From assembly GCA_038321985.1 (NCBI GenBank), contig JBBQFN010000008.1, positions 64,001-128,000 of the forward strand: a stretch of 64,000 nt of DNA. The letters are read 5' to 3'. Of this stretch, positions 1-10,228 are shown piece by piece; position 1 is the stretch's first letter, and each line of letters starts with the position of its first letter. The position numbers were made by a program, and so were the translations under genes. This DNA comes from Cyanophyceae cyanobacterium (GTDB lineage Bacteria > Cyanobacteriota > Cyanobacteriia > Cyanobacteriales > Laspinemataceae). The notes under the pieces were generated by a model. That model saw only the letters and a program-made list of their open reading frames with translations, was not told where the DNA came from and did not search any database.

Positions 1-2042
1 AACTCGTCGTCGCCACCGGAACGCACCAAGTCAGTGATATCTATCTGGGTGTGGTTGAAAATGTCCTTCCCGGGATAGATGCCGCCTTTGTTAACATCGG
101 CGATCCGGACCGCAATGGATTTATTCACGTCACCGACCTGGGGCCTTTACGCTTAAAGCGCTCCTCCGGAGCCATTACTGAGCTATTATCACCCCAGCAA
201 AAAGTCCTGGTGCAGGTGATGAAGGAACCGACCGGGAATAAGGGACCCCGCTTAACCGGGAATATTACCCTCCCCGGTCGCTATTTGGTCCTGATGCCAT
301 TCGGTCGCGGGGTCAATCTCTCTCGGCGAATCCGTACGGAAGCAGAACGCAATCGTCTCCGGGCCTTAGCCATTTTAATCAAGCCTGCGGGTATGGGACT
401 CTTAGTCCGAACCGAAGCCGAAGGGGTGGGCGAAGAGGCCATTTTAGAAGATTTAGAATTTCTCCAAAAACAATGGGAGGATGTCCAGCGCGAAGCGGCT
501 GCGATCCGTCCTCCGGCCTTGTTAAATCGAGATGATGATTTTATTCAGCGCGTGCTGCGGGATATGTACAGCGCTGATGTAAATCGAATTGTGGTAGATG
601 CCACAACTGGGGTTAAGCGAGTTAAACAACAGTTAATGATTTGGAGTGGGGGTAAAACTCCTCCCGGGGTGTTAATTGATGAACACCGCGAACGCACTCC
701 GATTTTGGAATATTTCCGGGTGAATGCAGCGATTCGGGAAGCGCTAAAACCGAGAGTAGATTTACCGTCGGGGGGTTACATTATTATCCAGCCGACGGAA
801 GCTCTAACGGTGATTGATGTCAACTCTGGATCATTTACGCGATCGGCGACTTCTCGGGAAACGGTGTTATGGACGAACTGTGAAGCTGCAACGGAAATCG
901 CCCGTCAACTCCGGTTACGGAATATAGCCGGGGTGATTATTGTCGATTTCATTGATATGGACTCCCGCCGCGACCAATTGCAGGTTCTGGAACATTTCAA
1001 TAAGGCCCTGAAAGCGGATAAAAATAGACCTCAAATTGCTCAACTGTCTGAGCTAGGGTTGGTTGAACTGACCCGCAAGCGCCAAGGTCAGAATGTCTAT
1101 GAGCTGTTTAGTCGCTCCTGCGCCACTTGTGGTGGATCGGGCCATCATGTGCATCTCCCTGGAGAAGGAGATACTCATCCCGAACTGAGCCAGCCGCTTA
1201 TCCCAGATGTGAGCGATCGCCTAGTCGTACCCTCCCCCATTAAAGAAAGTCGCGTACAAGTGGAACCCACCGTCCGCGATATCCCTGACTATGAGCCAAC
1301 AACAGAGATGTCCGAGTTGGATCTGCTCAATCATCCCAGCTATCAAGAATTGGGTCCCGGAGGCCCACGCCGCCGCCGTCGTCGTCGCTTAGAAACTGGC
1401 GAAGCCGAGGTAACGGAGGAAACGGTGAAAACCGCAGCGGTTCGCAGTACCTCGCCAATCCTACCGGCGACGCGAGAACCGAAACCGGAATGGACGGAAC
1501 CGGAACCTTATGTGGCTGCACCCGCTTATTCCCTGCCGAATGAGCGAGATATGCGATCGACATCGAAGGAAGAACGTCCCGAGCGCTCAGAACGGGGTCG
1601 GCGTTTTCGCGATTACGAGAAGGTGAACGAACCGGCAGAAATGATTCACGTTGAAATGACGACGGAGGAGCAAGATGTCTATGCGCTGATGGGGATTTCT
1701 CCGTTGGTACTCCGTGAAAGCGAGGTGAAACCTTCCAAATCAGCAGTTATTTCGGTGACGGAACCGGGAGAGTCAGTTTCTTTACCGGAACAGGTTTTTA
1801 CCGATGAAGAACCGATGGAAGAGGCGGATGTAGAGGAGGAATCTCCACAGGAAGAATTCCCACAGGAGGAATTTCCACAGGAGGAGGAATCTCCACAGGA
1901 GGAGGAATTTACTCCCGTTAATCATGCTGATCCTGATGATGGCGAAGACATTTCCGCTTCAGATGAGGATGACGGGGAGGACAATTCGGCAGCGATCGCC
2001 ACTCGTCGTCGTCGCCGTCGTTCTTCTGCGGCAGAAGGTTAG
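1..2042 (+). CDS. rne: Ribonuclease E (Rne/Rng family), 5'-truncated by the window edge
   Basis: S1-domain motif LPGIDAAFVNIG; catalytic motifs VIDVNSG and IVDFIDM; Zn-link CATCGGSG; acidic tail ending RRRRRRSSA. The frame is open upstream of the ORF-track start at 51. Confidence 0.97.
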   Translation, partial: LVVATGTHQVSDIYLGVVENVLPGIDAAFVNIGDPDRNGFIHVTDLGPLRLKRSSGAITELLSPQQKVLVQVMKEPTGNKGPRLTGNITLPGRYLVLMPFGRGVNLSRRIRTEAERNRLRALAILIKPAGMGLLVRTEAEGVGEEAILEDLEFLQKQWEDVQREAAAIRPPALLNRDDDFIQRVLRDMYSADVNRIVVDATTGVKRVKQQLMIWSGGKTPPGVLIDEHRERTPILEYFRVNAAIREALKPRVDLPSGGYIIIQPTEALTVIDVNSGSFTRSATSRETVLWTNCEAATEIARQLRLRNIAGVIIVDFIDMDSRRDQLQVLEHFNKALKADKNRPQIAQLSELGLVELTRKRQGQNVYELFSRSCATCGGSGHHVHLPGEGDTHPELSQPLIPDVSDRLVVPSPIKESRVQVEPTVRDIPDYEPTTEMSELDLLNHPSYQELGPGGPRRRRRRRLETGEAEVTEETVKTAAVRSTSPILPATREPKPEWTEPEPYVAAPAYSLPNERDMRSTSKEERPERSERGRRFRDYEKVNEPAEMIHVEMTTEEQDVYALMGISPLVLRESEVKPSKSAVISVTEPGESVSLPEQVFTDEEPMEEADVEEESPQEEFPQEEFPQEEESPQEEEFTPVNHADPDDGEDISASDEDDGEDNSAAIATRRRRRRSSAAEG
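1833..1910 (+). repeat. In-frame 15/18-bp tandem repeat encoding (E)EE(S/F)PQ in the RNase E tail
   Basis: gaggaggaatctccacag / gaagaattcccacag / gaggaatttccacag / gaggaggaatctccacag / gaggaggaattt. Confidence 0.85.
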
Positions 2043-2058
2043 TTAGATGTGAAACAAA

Positions 2059-2103
2059 ATTGTCCTTGGGGGGTTATTCCACTTCTCCAAGGACAATCTT
2101 TTT
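2059..2103 (+). terminator. Stem-loop with T-tract between rne and rnhB (terminator or processing stem)
   Basis: attgtccttgg...ccaaggacaat followed by cttttt. Confidence 0.55.
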
Positions 2104-2130
2104 GTTTAAATTTTGTTCAAACCCCAATAG

Positions 2131-2808
2131 TTGTTTACCCCCAACAAAATCGTGCCGTTAAATGTGCCGCAACAGCTTAGTCTCTGGGATGTCTCAAATA
2201 ACAGCAAAAATCCAGAAAAAACACCTCCAAATGACCGCATTGCTGGAGTAGATGAAGTGGGACGGGGTTGTTTATTTGGTCCGGTGGTTGCAGGTGCGGT
2301 GATTTTGTCCGATGAGGCAGCGGTACTTTTGAAGGCAGCCGGGGTAACGGATAGTAAGAAGCTATCTCATAACCAACGCTGTCGGTTAGCAAAACTGATC
2401 CGGGAGGAGGCAATCGCCTATGCAATTGGCATGGCATCGGTCCAAGAAATCGATCGCCTGAATATTTTACAAGCCTCTCTATTAGCGATGAAACGGTCCG
2501 TTAATAAACTGCAAGTTAAACCGGAGTTTTGTTTAATTGACGGCAATCAGGGCATTCCTAATTTAGGAATTCCCCAAGAAACGATGATTAAAGGAGATAG
2601 CAATTCCTTAGTGATTGCCGCTGCCAGTATTTTGGCAAAAGTCTGGCGCGATGAGTTAATTGTGCGCTTGGCGAAGAAATATCCGGAGTATGATTTGACA
2701 AGTAATAAAGGTTATGGTACTGCGAAACATACTCAGGCATTGCAAGAGTATGGGGTATCTCGACAACATAGGCGATCGTTTGCACCTTGTCGGATAGGGG
2801 AAATTTGA
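2131..2808 (+). CDS. rnhB: Ribonuclease HII
   Basis: AGVDEVGRG, DSKKLS, LIDGN, KGD..S..IAAASILAKV.RD, KGYGT..H motifs; rne-rnhB order is typical of cyanobacteria. Exact start uncertain. Confidence 0.97.
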   Translation: MFTPNKIVPLNVPQQLSLWDVSNNSKNPEKTPPNDRIAGVDEVGRGCLFGPVVAGAVILSDEAAVLLKAAGVTDSKKLSHNQRCRLAKLIREEAIAYAIGMASVQEIDRLNILQASLLAMKRSVNKLQVKPEFCLIDGNQGIPNLGIPQETMIKGDSNSLVIAAASILAKVWRDELIVRLAKKYPEYDLTSNKGYGTAKHTQALQEYGVSRQHRRSFAPCRIGEI

Positions 2809-2819
2809 AGGGTTCGGTT

Positions 2820-5183
2820 TTATTGGGATTGGCGTTTTTCTATTTTGCGTTTTTCTATTTCTGCGATCGGTAACAGCAAAGTCTCCTCAATCTCCTCCCG
2901 CACCTCCCTGGAAACATAGCAATCACTGTTGAGGCATTGTAATAGTAATACATTAGACTCGTAATACTCGCTCAGTGCCCCTATTTGTACAACATCTAAC
3001 TGCCAATTATGGCCAATATCGCGGTACTTAATCATTATTTTTCTTAATTTTTCTATCCAAGAGTTTCGCTGCTCTAGCCAGGATTGATTGAACTCTTCTT
3101 CGGTTTGATGGGGGTTTGGTAATTCCTTTTTTAATTTCATAAGTTCGCGCTTCATTTCAATATTTACTGGATAAAATTTACAAAAACGATCTAAGTCTTT
3201 GTGAATAATATTATTGGGTGAAAAACTTTGCGTATATTCAAACTCAATCAATTCTTTGCAGGCTTTATCAATTGAAAGGTCGTAATTATCTGGATAATCT
3301 ATATAAAAATCTACATATATATTAGGCAAGATTAATTCATATAACTCCATGTAGTCATCACGCAATAAAATACCGAATTGATATTGGCATTCAAAACAAA
3401 AGTAACAAGCTCGACGTCTTAATTTATCTATTCGGTTAGTTCCGGTAAATCCATTAAGAGATTTTTTATTCAGCCAAGTCAAAAATTCTTGTATATTTTC
3501 ATCCTTGTTTAATTCGTCAATTTTGTTTTTCATTAAATTAAACAAATTATCTGCGCTAGGAGACATTTCAACGGCAAGCATAAAAACTTCACGCCACCGT
3601 ATATCATCAAGTAGGTGATTTACTAGATTATGCAATGCATTGGAGGAGGGTTGTTGATTAATAATAATTTCTCTAGCTGTGAAGTATTCATGAAATGTCA
3701 GATGAGAAAATGAATAAATCCCTTTTGCACGTTCTATTAGTAGCCCATGTTGCGCTTCAATCGAGTTCAAAACTACCTTACTATCCACTTGTAGCGCTTC
3801 CTCTTCTGTGCTGGCACCCGGTAAATTTCTTATGTACTGTGTAATGTAGCGTTCTGCTTCTTTTTGCTTAAAGAAATAATCCCCTGCTTCAAAGGTAGTC
3901 AAAGCAATTTTACTGAGTAAATCTTCCTTACGCTGCGGTGACAGCTTTTTATAAACTTGGTCTCGATCAATTCCTCGTTTAGCATCCCATTTTTTCAGCA
4001 GTACATCCAAACCTTCCTTATAAAGCTCAGAACGATTAGCTGGAAAATTTCCAGTTTCTTCAAAAGTCAAACATAGGAGGGTCAGTAGTAAGGGATTTGT
4101 AGCAAGTTCCTGTATTCGGTCATTGTCTAGAAGTGAATTTATAAACTTCTCAGGTTTTACCGATTTATCTTTGAACCACTTAGTTGCAAAATTAGAAATT
4201 TGGGTAAAGTCAAAATCAGCAATTTCAACTTCGGTAAACTTTTCAAAAGTATATTCTCGGGCTGCAATTCGACAGGTCATTATAAAATGATTCTCTCGAA
4301 ACTGGTGTGAACAATCCCGAATCTCTTTTAAAATTCTCTTGCTATCTTCTTCTCGAACTTCATCTAACCCATCAAGTAAGACTAAAGCCTTGCCCTGTTG
4401 AAAAATCTCTTGTAAAAATAAATCTCTATTAAATTGAGCGATATATTCTAGCAAATTGGGTTGGTTGGCAGCTTCGGCAAAGTCTTTAAGGGTGATAAAA
4501 ATTGGGAGGCGATGGCCTAAAATTTTACCCTCAATGCACTGAATCGCCAGATATTTCAAAAACGTGGTTTTTCCTGCTCCTGGCTTACCTAAAATTGTCA
4601 GCTTAGAATATTTCTCAACTGCTTTTAATCCGGGTACTCGTTCTTCTGTTCTTTTGCCCAGTCCAAAGCGTTCCCAGTCATAGGCGTTACAGTCTTGCAA
4701 TAACTCAGCAATTGGTTTGCGTCTGCGCCCAGTAATGGTTTCCAGAATATTGACATGGGTGTAGATATCATCTAACCCGATCGGGTGGTTCATATCCAGG
4801 ACTCTCATGGTGCCGCATCTTTCTTGAATGTCGGCGCGGACCATTTCGCGTGCTTGTTGTACCAGGAACTCGATATTGATCGCAGGTTTAGAAGCATCAG
4901 GATTTGTAGAAGCCTGAAATTTCTGATACTCCTTACTCAAAAAATAGTATAATTCTTGGGCTTTCCCTGGCCCGTTACCTTCAATGGTTAACTTTGCGCT
5001 CAACTTGCTATAGACTCCTGTCATTCGATTTCGCACAGCACTCTCAGAGATATGGAGACTCTCGGCAATTTTCCAATCCTCCTGATTGCTACTAAAGCGT
5101 GCTACAAACACCTCCTGCTGTTTCTCAGTCAACTTATAGTCCGTTGCCAGTTTAGTCAGAAAAACACTAGGTAGAGGGTCCAT
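2820..5183 (-). CDS. NACHT-family STAND NTPase with N-terminal HTH-like domain and C-terminal helical domain
   Basis: Walker A GKPGAGKT; Walker B LLDGLDE; MTCR; LATNPLLLTLL; FSHLTFHEYF. N-terminal LTEKQQEVF...KIAESLHISESAVRNRMTGVYSKL resembles a LuxR/sigma-4 HTH. Start is ATG 5183 or TTG 5198. Confidence 0.92.
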   Translation of the reverse strand: MDPLPSVFLTKLATDYKLTEKQQEVFVARFSSNQEDWKIAESLHISESAVRNRMTGVYSKLSAKLTIEGNGPGKAQELYYFLSKEYQKFQASTNPDASKPAINIEFLVQQAREMVRADIQERCGTMRVLDMNHPIGLDDIYTHVNILETITGRRRKPIAELLQDCNAYDWERFGLGKRTEERVPGLKAVEKYSKLTILGKPGAGKTTFLKYLAIQCIEGKILGHRLPIFITLKDFAEAANQPNLLEYIAQFNRDLFLQEIFQQGKALVLLDGLDEVREEDSKRILKEIRDCSHQFRENHFIMTCRIAAREYTFEKFTEVEIADFDFTQISNFATKWFKDKSVKPEKFINSLLDNDRIQELATNPLLLTLLCLTFEETGNFPANRSELYKEGLDVLLKKWDAKRGIDRDQVYKKLSPQRKEDLLSKIALTTFEAGDYFFKQKEAERYITQYIRNLPGASTEEEALQVDSKVVLNSIEAQHGLLIERAKGIYSFSHLTFHEYFTAREIIINQQPSSNALHNLVNHLLDDIRWREVFMLAVEMSPSADNLFNLMKNKIDELNKDENIQEFLTWLNKKSLNGFTGTNRIDKLRRRACYFCFECQYQFGILLRDDYMELYELILPNIYVDFYIDYPDNYDLSIDKACKELIEFEYTQSFSPNNIIHKDLDRFCKFYPVNIEMKRELMKLKKELPNPHQTEEEFNQSWLEQRNSWIEKLRKIMIKYRDIGHNWQLDVVQIGALSEYYESNVLLLQCLNSDCYVSREVREEIEETLLLPIAEIEKRKIEKRQSQ

Positions 5184-5221
5184 TGACAAATTTCTCAATC
5201 ACTTTAAAGCCAGTCTAGCAG

Positions 5222-5298
5222 AGACTTTTGGCGAAAGTCTACCTTGATGTCAGGCAATGTCAGGGTATGTCAGCCTAAGTTTGAGAGTTAACTCTCAA
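5222..5298. promoter_or_regulatory. Putative operator between the NACHT gene and the divergent small ORF
   Basis: Inverted repeat agacttt-tggcg-aaagtct (5222-5240); ATGTCAG x3 at 10-bp period (5247, 5257, 5267); perfect 18-bp palindrome ttgagagttaactctcaa (5281-5298). Confidence 0.6.
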
Positions 5299-5343
5299 GT
5301 TGAGTTGCGACAGTGGAGATATCCAATCCATAAGGAAATCCCC

Positions 5344-5553
5344 ATGCACATCAATTTAGTTAACTTGGCGCTGTCTTTCGTTGTCCAGAAGTCGGGCGAG
5401 ATAGTCTTGGAATTATTGTTTAAGAAACTTTGGGAGTGGGTGCTTAGAGATGAGAATCTAAAGCGTCTGTCCACTGCTATCAAACTCAAGATTCTGGTGC
5501 TTTATCTCGACTGGCTTCTGCATAAGTCGAAACCTGAAGAATGGGAGGAGTAA
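5344..5553 (+). CDS. Small hypothetical helical/amphipathic protein (69 aa)
   Basis: ATG at 5344 preceded by aagga; MHINLVNLALSFVVQKSGEIVLELLFKKLWEW...; followed by a terminator-like hairpin. Confidence 0.6.
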   Translation: MHINLVNLALSFVVQKSGEIVLELLFKKLWEWVLRDENLKRLSTAIKLKILVLYLDWLLHKSKPEEWEE

Positions 5554-5566
5554 CATTGGCTACTCC

Positions 5567-5622
5567 CTAGAAAAAACCCGCGTAGAGATTTCGATGAACT
5601 CAAATGCGCGGGGTTTTTCTAG
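5567..5622. terminator. Bidirectional terminator between the small ORF and purM
   Basis: ctagaaaaaacccgcg...cgcggggtttttctag between convergent genes. Confidence 0.7.
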
Positions 5623-5631
5623 CCTTTAAGC

Positions 5632-6660
5632 CTATGCTTCTGGAATTCCTAGCAATTCCCCATTTCCGGCAATGACTTCACCGATTTGATAGGCCAAAAT
5701 TGCCTGAGATTCAAACCATTGAATTGTTTTTTCGGCTTGATTGGCTGGCACAACTACTACATAACCAATGCCCATATTAAAAGTATTAAACATTTCGGGC
5801 AAGGTGACATTCCCGACTTCAGCTAACCAGTTAAAAATGGGCAGAATCGGCCAACTGTTGGGGTCAATTTGGATGGATAATCCTTCCGGTAAACAACGGG
5901 GGAGGTTTTCTGGTAATCCACCTCCGGTAATATGCGCCATGCCGTGAATTTCTATTCCGGCTTTTCGCGCTGCTAATACGGGTTTAACGTAAAGTTGAGT
6001 GGGGGTGAGCAAGACTTCGCCGACGGATGCGTTGAGGGGTTCCGGTTTGTCTTGCCAATCGATGTTGCCGTCGCTCACAATCTTTCTAACTAAACTAAAT
6101 CCATTACTATGCACTCCGGAACTCGCCAGCCCGATCGCCACATCTCCCACTTGGATTTGCTGACCCGTGAGTAGTTCGCTTTTTTCCACGACTCCCACAC
6201 AAAACCCCGCTAAATCATATTCCCCCGGTTGATAAAATCCGGGCATTTCTGCGGTTTCTCCCCCTAATAGGGCACAACCGGATTGTTTACATCCATCGGT
6301 AATTCCCTGGACTACATTCGCCAGTTGTTCTTGATTGAGTTTTCCAGTGGCTAAATAATCTAAAAAGAATAGAGGTTCGGCACCGGAGGTTAGAACATCA
6401 TTCACACACATTGCTACTAAGTCAATGCCCACAGTATCGTGGCGATCAAGCAACATGGCAAGTTTGAGTTTGGTTCCCACTCCATCGGTCCCCGAGACTA
6501 AGATGGGTTGCTGATATCCGGTGGGTAACTCGAAATAACCGCTAAATCCACCAATCCCCCCAAGGACTTCCGGTCGATGGGTCCCTGTAACCATATTCCG
6601 AATTTTCTGGACAAAGGCTCGACCCGCCTCAACATCCACGCCTGCTTCTCGATAATCCAT
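5632..6660 (-). CDS. purM: Phosphoribosylformylglycinamidine cyclo-ligase (AIR synthetase)
   Basis: [48 protein letters not shown]. Confidence 0.98.
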   Translation of the reverse strand: MDYREAGVDVEAGRAFVQKIRNMVTGTHRPEVLGGIGGFSGYFELPTGYQQPILVSGTDGVGTKLKLAMLLDRHDTVGIDLVAMCVNDVLTSGAEPLFFLDYLATGKLNQEQLANVVQGITDGCKQSGCALLGGETAEMPGFYQPGEYDLAGFCVGVVEKSELLTGQQIQVGDVAIGLASSGVHSNGFSLVRKIVSDGNIDWQDKPEPLNASVGEVLLTPTQLYVKPVLAARKAGIEIHGMAHITGGGLPENLPRCLPEGLSIQIDPNSWPILPIFNWLAEVGNVTLPEMFNTFNMGIGYVVVVPANQAEKTIQWFESQAILAYQIGEVIAGNGELLGIPEA

Positions 6661-7165
6661 GTATCAACCCATCTGAACGGCTATTTCCACCTTGGATATT
6701 CTACAGGGGAGGTAGGACGGATGGATCGCCCTATAAAGGATGTTTCCGGAATTCTTTGGGGCGATCGCCTCTTTGCCTGAATAAAATTTAGCAAGTTTGT
6801 ACATTACAGTTTACAACTCTACACTTGGCAATTGAACACAGCGCAAATTTTGCGTCTTGAGTATAAAGTTTTGATAAAGTATTCTTTTCGCGAAATAAAT
6901 ACCAAATCCTTGGTAGGTATAGTATTAACGAGGATAGACCCCACGGGGCAATTGTAAAGTTTTAATAAAGTTATCCCATTTTTATCGCCCATACCGATCC
7001 CCAAGCTCAAACCTTCGTGATACTCTGTTGCAGTTCAACACACCAACGCAAAAACGTATCGAGTATGAGATAAGGGGTATCGGATCCTAGCGGAGCTGAT
7101 TGATGGCGTCTATGGGCCTAACCCGACTCATCGCTTGTTCTTTACCAGTTCCTCACAGCAAAAGT

Positions 7166-8167
7166 ATGAAGCAAAGATTTTGGTGGACAACAGTTGCGCT
7201 GCTCATGACCGCCTGCGGGACAACCTCAACCAGTCATGCTGAACCTAACAGAGTCGTAGATTTTACCTCCGATCCAGACAAAACCCAGGTGCAGACTGGG
7301 GAGGAAGTCATCACCAAGATTCAACCCCATGAAATCACGGGGAGATCAGCAGCCACCCTGTATGTGCGGAATATTCCAGTATTGACCTTTATTGAGTCGT
7401 CGGAGATTCAGCAGACAAATGCTGTCAAAGCCGATCGCACTCCGGTATCAAAGGAGATCGCCCGGAGTGAGGTGCAGTCAGAGAACCTTATGGATCCAGT
7501 GTTGAGAGCTGAGGCGATCGCCGCCACCCTGAATCAGTTACTACAACGTGCAACCCCCTCAGAAATCACAGTGGACTGGAACGGGGAACTGGACGAGGAA
7601 GAGAACCCCCTCAATGAACGATATCTCATCAAAGTCAACGGTGCAGAACTGGTGGCGATCGACGAGCAAACCCGCCTCCCAGATACGACCAACGACTTAG
7701 CACAAGACGCCATTCAAGTTACGAACCGACTACGCCGCCTGATTGCCAGTGCACCTCCGATCGCCGAGATTGCCAATCGACCCCAACCGAAACCGAAACC
7801 GGAACCCGAACCGCAAACTCTACAAGCTGTCACTCCGGAATATCTTCAATACCAAATCAACGGTTTGGCCTCTTGGTATGGCCCTGGATTTCACGGTCGA
7901 ATGAGTGCCAGTGGGGAAATCTTTGATGAAAATGCTTTAACTGCGGCCCATCTGTATTTGCCCTTTGGGACCCAAGTTAGGGTAACCAACCTTGATAACG
8001 GGAGTTCAGTAGTGGTCAGAATTAACGATCGCGGGCCTTATAGCGGGGGACGGATTATCGATGTCTCAGCGGCCGCAGCGCAGAACCTGGGCATGATTGA
8101 TAGTGGTGTTGCACTTGTGCGTCTGGATATTTTAGGGTCCCCCACTACCTCTTCTGCCGAGTTATAA
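7166..8167 (+). CDS. rlpA: RlpA-family lipoprotein (septal lytic transglycosylase, DPBB domain)
   Basis: Lipoprotein-like signal (LLMTAC); C-terminal GLASWYG...TAAH..LPFGT.VRVTN...VRINDRGPY..GRIIDVS. Likely start ATG 7166. Confidence 0.92.
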   Translation: MKQRFWWTTVALLMTACGTTSTSHAEPNRVVDFTSDPDKTQVQTGEEVITKIQPHEITGRSAATLYVRNIPVLTFIESSEIQQTNAVKADRTPVSKEIARSEVQSENLMDPVLRAEAIAATLNQLLQRATPSEITVDWNGELDEEENPLNERYLIKVNGAELVAIDEQTRLPDTTNDLAQDAIQVTNRLRRLIASAPPIAEIANRPQPKPKPEPEPQTLQAVTPEYLQYQINGLASWYGPGFHGRMSASGEIFDENALTAAHLYLPFGTQVRVTNLDNGSSVVVRINDRGPYSGGRIIDVSAAAAQNLGMIDSGVALVRLDILGSPTTSSAEL

Positions 8168-8186
8168 AAGGAAGTATGAAGACAGA

Positions 8187-8234
8187 TCCGGTCGCCTCCC
8201 CATCATCCAGGGAAGCGACCGGAATTCGTTTTTG
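8187..8234 (+). terminator. Stem-loop downstream of rlpA
   Basis: tccggtcgc...gcgaccgga then attcgttttt. Confidence 0.55.
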
Positions 8235-8301
8235 TTAGCGCATTTCCAGGCTCTGCTGAGATAAACTACTTTGCAAAGAGGTTGGTAAGGATCTGGGGGT
8301 T

Positions 8302-9861
8302 GTGGTGCGCCTGTTTACAACGGTTGTTGCGTTGCGCTGTTACTTAGAGCTACAGGGAACGGGTCAGAGTGTAGGTTTGGTGCCTACAATGGGAGCTTTG
8401 CACGCAGGGCATTTGAGTTTAATTCAACGGGCTAGAGCCAGCAATGATATTGTTGTAGTCAGTATTTTTGTCAATCCCCTGCAATTTGGTCCCCATGAGG
8501 ATTTACTCAGATATCCCCGGACTTTAGAGCGCGATCGCCTCCAGTGTGAAAATGCAGGAGTGGATGTGATGTTTGTGCCGAGTCCAGAGGAGATGGGAAT
8601 AGGGGAAGGGACAAAGAATTCTTTAACTCAAGTGATGCCTCCGGAGTCGATGATGTCCGGATTGTGTGGGCGATCGCGTCTCGGTCACTTTCAGGGGGTG
8701 GCGACCATTGTTGCGAAACTCTTCAATGTGGTAGAACCAGACCGGGCGTATTTTGGGCGCAAGGATGCCCAACAACTAGCGATCGTACAGAGGATGGTCA
8801 GGGATTTGAACTTGTCCGTAGAGATTGTCCCCTGCAAGATTGTCCGAGAGACTTCAGGACTAGCGATGAGTTCTCGTAATCAGTATCTCAGTGCTGAGGA
8901 AAAAGACCGGGCGGCAGTGCTGTATCGCAGCTTACAAAAAGCTAGAAAACTTTTTTTCAGGGGTGAGGTAACTTCTAGAGGTATAATTGCTGCGGTTCAA
9001 GCCGAATTGGTGAATGAACCGGACGTTAATTTAGAGTATTGCGAATTGGTGGAACCGACAACCCTCAAACCCATTGAAGTCATAGAATCGGCGGGATTAG
9101 TGGCGATCGCCTCGACGATTGGCAACACCCGCTTAATCGATAATATTATTCTGAAAAACCGCGAACCGATTGTAGCCATAGACGGTCCTGCGGGTGCGGG
9201 AAAATCTACCGTAGCGCGGCGAGTGGCGAAACAACTGGGATTGATGTATTTAGATACAGGGGCCATGTATCGAGCCATTACTTGGCTAGTTCAGGAAAAA
9301 GGCATTCCTTTTGACGATGAACCGGCGATCGCAGAAGTGGTGAGTAGGGCCAAGATTGAACTCATCGAGACCAGTCCGGACCCCACAGTTCCGACCCAAG
9401 TTTGGATTGAGGGATGTAACGTTACCCAAGCAATTCGTACTCAATCAGTCACCGCTCATGTTTCCCAAGTTTCTAGCTTAAAAAGCGTGCGACTTCATTT
9501 AGTTAAGCAGCAGCAGCAATTTGGAGAAAAGGGTGGAGTCGTTGCCGAAGGGCGCGATATTGGCACTCATGTTTTCCCTGATGCGGAGTTGAAAATCTTT
9601 TTAACCGCTTCCGTGAGTGAAAGAGCTCGCCGACGTCAACAAGACTTGACAAAATCCGGGGAAGAAGGGATTACCCTTAGTCTGCTGGAAAGCCAAATTG
9701 CACAGCGCGATCGCCTAGATAGCACCCGCAAAATTTCTCCTTTGACAAAAGCAGAAAGTGCCATTGAAATTGATACAGATCATCGGACTATTGATGAAGT
9801 CATCAGTGAAATCGTTAAACACTACTCTGCAACAATTGTAGAATCTAAATCTAAAGAATAA
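8302..9861 (+). CDS. panC/cmk: Bifunctional pantoate-beta-alanine ligase / cytidylate kinase
   Basis: PTMGALHAGH, SIFVNPLQF, FGRKDAQQ, MSSRN, RLIDN, fused to IDGPAGAGKST...YLDTGAMYR, EGRDIGT. Confidence 0.98.
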   Translation: MVRLFTTVVALRCYLELQGTGQSVGLVPTMGALHAGHLSLIQRARASNDIVVVSIFVNPLQFGPHEDLLRYPRTLERDRLQCENAGVDVMFVPSPEEMGIGEGTKNSLTQVMPPESMMSGLCGRSRLGHFQGVATIVAKLFNVVEPDRAYFGRKDAQQLAIVQRMVRDLNLSVEIVPCKIVRETSGLAMSSRNQYLSAEEKDRAAVLYRSLQKARKLFFRGEVTSRGIIAAVQAELVNEPDVNLEYCELVEPTTLKPIEVIESAGLVAIASTIGNTRLIDNIILKNREPIVAIDGPAGAGKSTVARRVAKQLGLMYLDTGAMYRAITWLVQEKGIPFDDEPAIAEVVSRAKIELIETSPDPTVPTQVWIEGCNVTQAIRTQSVTAHVSQVSSLKSVRLHLVKQQQQFGEKGGVVAEGRDIGTHVFPDAELKIFLTASVSERARRRQQDLTKSGEEGITLSLLESQIAQRDRLDSTRKISPLTKAESAIEIDTDHRTIDEVISEIVKHYSATIVESKSKE

Positions 9862-9894
9862 GTGCAAGCGATCGGGCAATTTAGGTGCTAAAGG

Positions 9895-9934
9895 CTAGGA
9901 AGTGGGATAAAACATTCTCCCTAGCTTTTTTTTT
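9895..9934 (+). terminator. Intrinsic terminator after panC/cmk
   Basis: gctagg...cctagc followed by a 9-T run. Confidence 0.6.
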
Positions 9935-10182
9935 GCCTTTTGACGTGAGCAAACACCGCAGATAATCGACCCCCCCCAACCCCGTTGTCAGACTCCCCTC
10001 CCCTCTCCTAATCAAGGGGAAACATTGAAATGCTGCAATATCCCGATTTCCGGATAACTCGATCTATAACGAGTCTAAATTATTTTTGCAAGAAAATTGA
10101 TAGAAAATCTAATTTTAAAAACTCTGCTTTCTCTCTACCCAAGCGTCTGATAGGTTGGTTTGTGTAACCTCAACCTGCATAG

Positions 10183-10228
10183 TATAGCGGTTTTAGTAAC
10201 AATTGCTCACTGATTTAGATGCGCTATA
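10183..10228. mobile_element. Ultra-short (42 bp) TA-flanked MITE-like element with TAGCG...CGCTA ends
   Basis: ta|tagcggttttagtaac...tgatttagatgcgcta|ta; ends resemble those of the 136-bp MITE. Confidence 0.45.

Noticed and set aside
6795..6822. TTACA-rich segment between purM and rlpA as an NtcA or HLR1 site
   Set aside because: Spacing fits neither GTA-N8-TAC nor the 10-bp HLR1 period.
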